This document shows positions 25,724 to 31,053 of a stretch of DNA of 31,053 nt, piece by piece (position 1 is the first letter of the stretch; each line of letters begins with the position of its first letter). The DNA comes from a virus (Duplodnaviria > Caudoviricetes): IMG/VR virus record IMGVR_UViG_3300042507_002293, positions 1 to 31,053 of that record, one strand, 5' to 3'. A program made the translations under genes and the position numbers. The notes beneath the pieces are model-generated. The model worked only from the letters and a program-made list of their open reading frames with translations, was not told the DNA's origin and searched no databases.

Positions 25724-26107
25724 TTAGTTAGGCCGCCAAATGTAACCAAGTTGTTCCAAGTAATCAGCGATGTGCCGTGGAACACGGTACTTAACACCTG
25801 TTTTAAAGGAATAACTTTGAGGAGTCCCGTTCACAACGCCAAACGTCATCTCATCAATATCAGAGATTGTTCGAATGACTACGTACTCATTCGATACTGA
25901 AACTCCAAGGTCTTCGATTTCATCCAAAACTAGTGGAGCGTCTGGCTTCTTTGGGTCAAAAACGTCTCGTTCAAGAGACTCTACCTCTAACTGATTAGCG
26001 ATAGAAAGTTCTTCTTGTCGCTTTCTTAACTCTGCAGCATTTTGTTTTGCTGCTTTTTCGGCTGCAACTCCTGTTGCATCCAATGGACTTGTTGCTTTAT
26101 TTGCCAC
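25724..26107 (-). CDS. Hypothetical capsid-associated protein
   Basis: AGGAG SD plus GTG; directly after MCP; F..G.KY.VP...A..L...GY C-terminus. Confidence 0.75.
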   Translation of the reverse strand: MANKATSPLDATGVAAEKAAKQNAAELRKRQEELSIANQLEVESLERDVFDPKKPDAPLVLDEIEDLGVSVSNEYVVIRTISDIDEMTFGVVNGTPQSYSFKTGVKYRVPRHIADYLEQLGYIWRPN

Positions 26108-26138
26108 GGTGTTTATTCTCCTAAGTTATGTAGTTAGT

Positions 26139-26179
26139 TATGTCTGGGAGCCAAAGAAGGAGTATGGCTCCCAGACATA
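26139..26179 (-). terminator. Perfect 15-bp hairpin after MCP stop (terminator or mRNA stabiliser)
   Basis: TATGTCTGGGAGCCA-N11-TGGCTCCCAGACATA; no U-tract. Confidence 0.6.
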
Positions 26180-26187
26180 GGGTAAAA

Positions 26188-27315
26188 CTAGTTGGTGTAG
26201 ACCTTGACGATAGCCTGGTCTGTGATAACACCAAGACCCCAAATTGCATACCAAGCAAGAGCGTGCTCACGACCAAAGTCGAGAACTCCACCGTCACGTA
26301 GTTCAACTGGGAGAGAGATTGCGTGACCAAATGCGTTGTCACCAATCATGATTGATTCGTAAACCTCAGCACCGTTACCAGTTGCTGTTGTTAGGTAACC
26401 CTTTTCTGCAGTGAAATCTGCAGACTCTGGATTTCCACCTGAACCTGGGGCTGTGTTAGTCTTAACAGGAGCACTGTACTGGTCTGCTGGAAGTCCAACA
26501 GATGTTGAAGTTGTGTATGCAGCATTAACTGCCAACTTCTTAACCTGTGTTGTTTCGATGAATACTACGTCGTATAGACGACCGATTTCACCGAGCATGA
26601 AGTTACCTGGAGCAGCGTACTTTGTAACTTCGATGAACTCTGGGTTCGAACGAATGTCACGTGACTGCTTTGGGTGTACGAACTGTACATATGTCTCACC
26701 TAAGCGAGGGATGTTCTTACCAGCAAGGGTAAGCGCAGCATCCTTTACAGCACCTGTTGACAACTTATAGTTACCATCAAGGTCTGAGAACTGTGTTGCT
26801 GCTGTTCCTTCGTTGTACCAGTCATTAACACCTTGTACAGATGAGCGGTCGTAACCGAACACTGCAGAAGTTGCTGCAGAAAGTGTGTTACGTGCCTGTA
26901 CGTCTAGGTACTGTGCCATGTGGCGACCGAGAAGACGTGAAGCAGAAGCCATCACGTCATCGAAGGATGCGTTAAGAAGAAGTTCAGAAACTGCTACTGC
27001 GTAGCCGTGTTCTGCAACAGTAATAGCAATCTGCTCTGCAGTAAGAGCGCTCGTTGTCATACGAACACCTTCTGTTAGAGGAGATGGGTCTACTGCAAAG
27101 TTCTTGTAACGAAGGAAGTTAACACGAAGACCAGGAGCAACTCCTAGTTCAGTCTTCTTAACTGCAAACTGTTCGAAACGAAGAATTGGCATTGCCTGGA
27201 ATAAGATTTCCTTAGACCAGATTGTCTGGATTGCTTGATTCAGGGATGTATTAGAACCCGAATAAGCGGTAGGGGCGCTGGCTAGTTGACCAGTACCTGT
27301 AATTGCACTTGCCAT
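26188..27315 (-). CDS. Major capsid protein (N4 gp56-like, HK97 fold)
   Basis: PLTEGV, EHGYAV, YVQFVHP, GEIGRLYDVVFIET, DFGR motifs. ATG 27315 preferred over TTG 27324. Confidence 0.93.
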   Translation of the reverse strand: MASAITGTGQLASAPTAYSGSNTSLNQAIQTIWSKEILFQAMPILRFEQFAVKKTELGVAPGLRVNFLRYKNFAVDPSPLTEGVRMTTSALTAEQIAITVAEHGYAVAVSELLLNASFDDVMASASRLLGRHMAQYLDVQARNTLSAATSAVFGYDRSSVQGVNDWYNEGTAATQFSDLDGNYKLSTGAVKDAALTLAGKNIPRLGETYVQFVHPKQSRDIRSNPEFIEVTKYAAPGNFMLGEIGRLYDVVFIETTQVKKLAVNAAYTTSTSVGLPADQYSAPVKTNTAPGSGGNPESADFTAEKGYLTTATGNGAEVYESIMIGDNAFGHAISLPVELRDGGVLDFGREHALAWYAIWGLGVITDQAIVKVYTN

Positions 27316-27348
27316 GGAGGTCAAGTCCTTTCTAGATAGTTGTTTGGG

Positions 27349-28122
27349 TTAACCGAACAGTCCCTGACCACGATTATTTGCTGCATTGCCAAGTAATTTG
27401 GCTCGTTGTTTCGAGTAGTCTGCCAATGACATATCCCTGATTGAATCAGGAGTTAACGGTTGTTGTGACGAATCATTATCGAGGGGTCCTGCGGCAGGCG
27501 CTGTTACGCGTGGTCCTGCCATTTGTGCTCTTGCAGACTGCATAGCCTGTTGAGCGGAATCGAGAATTCGAGCAGATTTTTCTTTTAGAGTTGCAATGCT
27601 CTGCTCAACGGCATCTTGTGAATCGCCTTCAATTAAATCAATAAGTTCAGGAATGATTGTTTCTCGTTCCTGTTCTAATCGAGCCTGACGGTAATTCATC
27701 AACTCTTGGAATTTGCGCTCCTGTTCTAGGAGAGCAATCGCACGTTCTCTTTCAAGACGTTCATTCTCTAGTTGAGACTGAAATTCTTGCTCCTTCTTTT
27801 TGAGAAGGTCTTTGAAGGACAGTTCATTCTCTTCCTGTTCCTTCTTCAACTGTGCTGCACGACCTTCCTCTTCAGCAATGCGTGTTTGACGCTCTGCTTC
27901 ACGAGATGCCGTTTCCTCACGTTCCTTTTTAAGGGACGAGAGTTCTTCTTTCATCTTTTCAAGTTGTGGGTATAACTTTGCTTTTTCTTGTTCACGTGCC
28001 TTTGCAATATCATCGGCTGTGTACGAAGGTACTGACATAGTTGTCTCACTACTCACTATTGACACATCGACTGAAGACAGCGATGCATCGGTTTCTACTG
28101 TGTTTTCCATAGCAGTGTTCAC
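27349..28122 (-). CDS. Capsid scaffolding protein
   Basis: E/K/Q coiled coil; IRDMSLADYSKQR C-terminus; lies between portal and MCP. Start may be ATG 28110. Confidence 0.85.
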   Translation of the reverse strand: MNTAMENTVETDASLSSVDVSIVSSETTMSVPSYTADDIAKAREQEKAKLYPQLEKMKEELSSLKKEREETASREAERQTRIAEEEGRAAQLKKEQEENELSFKDLLKKKEQEFQSQLENERLERERAIALLEQERKFQELMNYRQARLEQERETIIPELIDLIEGDSQDAVEQSIATLKEKSARILDSAQQAMQSARAQMAGPRVTAPAAGPLDNDSSQQPLTPDSIRDMSLADYSKQRAKLLGNAANNRGQGLFG

Positions 28123-28243
28123 TTATCTTTCTTATGTAGTTGTCCGTATGCCTTTCGGCGTGTCCCTTGATTGTTATGAGATAATTGCATTACATTTATG
28201 TGTAATTGTCTCGTTATATTCCAAACTTTTTACAGTTGGAAAC

Positions 28244-29980
28244 TTAGTCTCTATCTACCATCCTTCTTTGCGGAATCTTAGTGCCATAGGCTTGAGTTAC
28301 TAGGTCATTCCTAATAGACATTTCTGCCTGGTCTTCTACAGCCTTCATCTCTTGAACCGCTGGGTCCTCAACATTTTCAGGAGTTGGAGGCCCCTCAATG
28401 CCGTCACCCATCACATCTCCGTCACCTAATTGGGTAGGCTGCATAGGAATCGCGCTTGAGCCGTCTGGTCCAGGCATCATTCCTGTCATATCTTGAATCT
28501 GCTTTTGAATTTGGACCTTGATAAGAGATAGAGCACCATCAGCCTTTGCATCCTCGACCAATTCACGACGAATCTCTTGAAGTTTCTCTTCTGGAAACTC
28601 TTCGCCAAGTGTGCGGAGCGCTCCTTCCTTTGACTCAAGTCCCATGCCTAGTTTGGTTTGGATTTCATTGAGGACAATTAACTTATCAAGAGGAAGTGGA
28701 GGCGGGAACTGTACGTAGTTCATATAAGACAAAGGGTCATTTGGGTCAAGGCGGTCTAATTGACCTTCCTTGATTGGGCCGTCTTCATCTGGGTTATACA
28801 AAAATGTTTGTGGTTCCTTGATGGCAAGGGTGCGAAGTGCAAGTTCATTGATTCGCTCAAGACCCTTACCATACTGGGCTACTTTTTGAGAATAGCGGTT
28901 CATCAGCGGCTGATACTGAATAGACAGAGCAACACCTGATGTGTTTGAGATTGGTTGGACTTGTCCAAGAGCAGTCTCAGGAATGTTCATTAGTTCGTGC
29001 ATTGAGCGTTTTAACAACTCAAGGTATTTCAAGGCGCCTTCGATACCTGATGCGCCACCTTCAAGGTTAAAGACTTGAGCGTCTTTTGGAAGACCACCCC
29101 AAACCTTCTTTGCACCTTTCTCAAGGTTAGAGGCTTTAGCACCTACAATAACTGTCACAGGAGAAGCGTGGTAGTTAATGATGTCAGCGACATCAGTGCT
29201 AATTTCGTTATATGCACGGTTGATAGTGATGATGTCGTGTGCGTCCGAGAGACCCCACGGTGAACCTGAAACAGGAACATTAGGAATATGAACCACTGGA
29301 ATAAGTCCTAGTGGATTTGGTCGTGAGTCAATTAGTTCATCATTAATGTACTCTTCAATGACGTCGTCAGTCAAAATTTCAGTGTAGGTAAACACTTGAC
29401 GAGTACCTTCTAGCGAGGTTCCCCAGAAACGATACTTCTGTTTAAATCTAAGAAGACGACTTCTATCGTGTGGGTGAAACTCAGGAAAGCAAAAAGACGA
29501 GTTCATAGGAAGAAGGCGAACACGTCCAGGATGGAACATGCCAGCAGAATCTGTCCAAGCCTCTTCGTAGGCTATTTTGACGAATACGTCTCCTGTGATA
29601 CCGCCTTGCTGTCCCATCTCAAGTAGGACACGCATTTTGTCATTGTCAACTTCCCAAATGCGTTCAAGACGGTCTGGAATAATTGCTTCAGTTGACTTAG
29701 GAGAGCGAAAATGGACGCCACGACCAAACACGAACCTGGCAAGATAATCATTAAAGGCACGATAGTAATTGACTGCAATTTGCATTTCGCCTTGTTCACG
29801 ACGATAACCCCAGTGATGACCGAGGTACATCGCCCAGTTAAGAGAGTAACGGTTTAAACGAGGACCGTGTACTTCAAATTCTTCGTCAGCAAGTTCAACC
29901 AAACCAAGTGGTGAAATGGAAATAGTAAGGTCAGATGACGCCGCACGATATGACGGTGGTGAAAAATCAAGAAATGACAT
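28244..29980 (-). CDS. Portal protein (SPP1 gp6-like)
   Basis: MYLGHHW, NPLGLIPVVHIPN, GLSD, NTSGVAL motifs; position between terminase and scaffold. Confidence 0.92.
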   Translation of the reverse strand: MSFLDFSPPSYRAASSDLTISISPLGLVELADEEFEVHGPRLNRYSLNWAMYLGHHWGYRREQGEMQIAVNYYRAFNDYLARFVFGRGVHFRSPKSTEAIIPDRLERIWEVDNDKMRVLLEMGQQGGITGDVFVKIAYEEAWTDSAGMFHPGRVRLLPMNSSFCFPEFHPHDRSRLLRFKQKYRFWGTSLEGTRQVFTYTEILTDDVIEEYINDELIDSRPNPLGLIPVVHIPNVPVSGSPWGLSDAHDIITINRAYNEISTDVADIINYHASPVTVIVGAKASNLEKGAKKVWGGLPKDAQVFNLEGGASGIEGALKYLELLKRSMHELMNIPETALGQVQPISNTSGVALSIQYQPLMNRYSQKVAQYGKGLERINELALRTLAIKEPQTFLYNPDEDGPIKEGQLDRLDPNDPLSYMNYVQFPPPLPLDKLIVLNEIQTKLGMGLESKEGALRTLGEEFPEEKLQEIRRELVEDAKADGALSLIKVQIQKQIQDMTGMMPGPDGSSAIPMQPTQLGDGDVMGDGIEGPPTPENVEDPAVQEMKAVEDQAEMSIRNDLVTQAYGTKIPQRRMVDRD

Positions 29981-30237
29981 TACTTCTTGCCCTTATCCTT
30001 TTCGGATTTTTTATCTTCTTTTTTAGGATTCTTTTTTTCAGATAATTGTTTTTGTTGTTTTTTTATCGCCATGTTATGACGACGGTCTGCTTCTGTTGTT
30101 TCAGTGTATTGACCGCCCGCTTCTTTGTATTTTTTTGAAACCCAAGCACTAGCACCTGGATTAGGCCACTTTGAATACTTTGCTTTGGCCTGTGCGACAA
30201 ACATCGCATACAATTTTAAGTTAGCGGGTTTTTTCAT
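29980..30237 (-). CDS. Basic small protein (P.N.KLY...WP...S.W..K.YK..GG.Y type)
   Basis: GGAGGAG SD; TAATG into portal; Lys-rich tail. Confidence 0.75.
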   Translation of the reverse strand: MKKPANLKLYAMFVAQAKAKYSKWPNPGASAWVSKKYKEAGGQYTETTEADRRHNMAIKKQQKQLSEKKNPKKEDKKSEKDKGKK

Positions 30238-30307
30238 TTGACTCCTCCGAATACAGCCTGTTCCCGCCCATACACTACCGTATGAGCGGGTTCAGGTTGT
30301 CAAATAA

Positions 30308-30703
30308 CTAGTCGTTTACGACAGTTGGGGCTGGACGTTGCTGACGACCACCAGAACGCATAACAGTTTCAATCATCTGTTCTGCACGGTCTGTGTATGT
30401 GCCGTGAGCAAACTCGCCTAGCATTGTAGGTGCTTCAATCCATGCAGCAGAACCTACGTGTGCACGCTCTGACAAAGTTTCAGCGGCAGGCTTCTGCCAA
30501 ACTGGAGCGTTACGATTAGGACGACCAGGAGCAACTGCTGCACCTGATTGCATTCCTTTGATAAAGTCGGTTGGAACATCGGTATCGGTTGCAACGCCTT
30601 CTTCAAAGCGTAGTGGTCCACGACGTACAGGGTTGTCCCCTGCTTTGCGTTCGTAGACGTTTGGTGCACGCTCTGGAAAGCGAGGTGCTGGAGAAATAGC
30701 CAT
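30308..30703 (-). CDS. Hypothetical protein (131 aa)
   Basis: AAGGAG SD; RRGPLRFEEGVATDTDVP. Confidence 0.75.
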   Translation of the reverse strand: MAISPAPRFPERAPNVYERKAGDNPVRRGPLRFEEGVATDTDVPTDFIKGMQSGAAVAPGRPNRNAPVWQKPAAETLSERAHVGSAAWIEAPTMLGEFAHGTYTDRAEQMIETVMRSGGRQQRPAPTVVND

Positions 30704-30775
30704 TGTAGACTCCTTGTTTCTAGGTTTAGGTATACCTGGTAGATAGTTTCTACCCTTTTTACTACTTTGTGTGGC

Positions 30776-31053
30776 TTAACCAAAAAAAGGATTAGTAGAA
30801 GCCACAATTTCTGGCATTACAAGGTCTTGTGTTAAAGAACAGGCTATCGACAAAGAGTCCACAAAGTCATCGTGTGCGTAGGACTCGTCTGGGGCGGCTA
30901 CAAGGAAATTAGGGCCTTTGTACTGAACCTCTGCATCCACCATCTGTTGGTAAAAACGCTTCCAAGTTCTTAGGCGCCGTGTTTTAGCGTGAGACGGCCA
31001 GGAAATCATTCGTCGTTGAATTAAGGCTTGAAAGTGCTTCCAACGTTTTGATT
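30776..31053 (-). CDS. terL: Terminase large subunit, C-terminal nuclease end (5' part outside window)
   Basis: Frame open to the window edge; HDDFVDSL RNase H-type motif; upstream of portal. Confidence 0.85.
   Translation of the reverse strand, partial: SKRWKHFQALIQRRMISWPSHAKTRRLRTWKRFYQQMVDAEVQYKGPNFLVAAPDESYAHDDFVDSLSIACSLTQDLVMPEIVASTNPFFG

Noticed and set aside
30270-30302. Sigma70-type promoter from TTGACA on the minus strand
   Set aside because: Nearest TANNNT (TAGTGT) is 20 nt away, too long a spacer

Overview
This window is the virion-morphogenesis region of a contractile-tailed (myovirus-type) dsDNA phage, read almost entirely on the minus strand. From right to left it encodes: terminase large subunit (3' end), SPP1-gp6-like portal, scaffold, N4-gp56-like major capsid, head-tail adaptor, a set of neck-region fibre genes (two proline-free collagen-like proteins and an FN3 fibre), head closure, 12 mostly translationally coupled micro-ORFs (one very acidic, most Lys-rich, several Cys-rich), tail completion/terminator, sheath, tube, tail chaperone, tape measure with M23 and lysozyme-like domains, and a PVC/eCIS-like baseplate. 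The only credible plus-strand genes form a 4-gene glycan-modification cassette (beta-propeller, TPR, SAM methyltransferase, GT25) inserted among the fibre genes. The most notable observations are this possible virion/collagen glycosylation system, the micropeptide array, a candidate +1 UUU-CGA frameshift in the tail chaperone, and a spike OB-fold fused to a C1q-like head. An actinobacterial host is inferred weakly. No tRNA, rRNA, CRISPR array, integrase or reverse transcriptase was seen. All family assignments come from motif recognition and synteny, not database searches.
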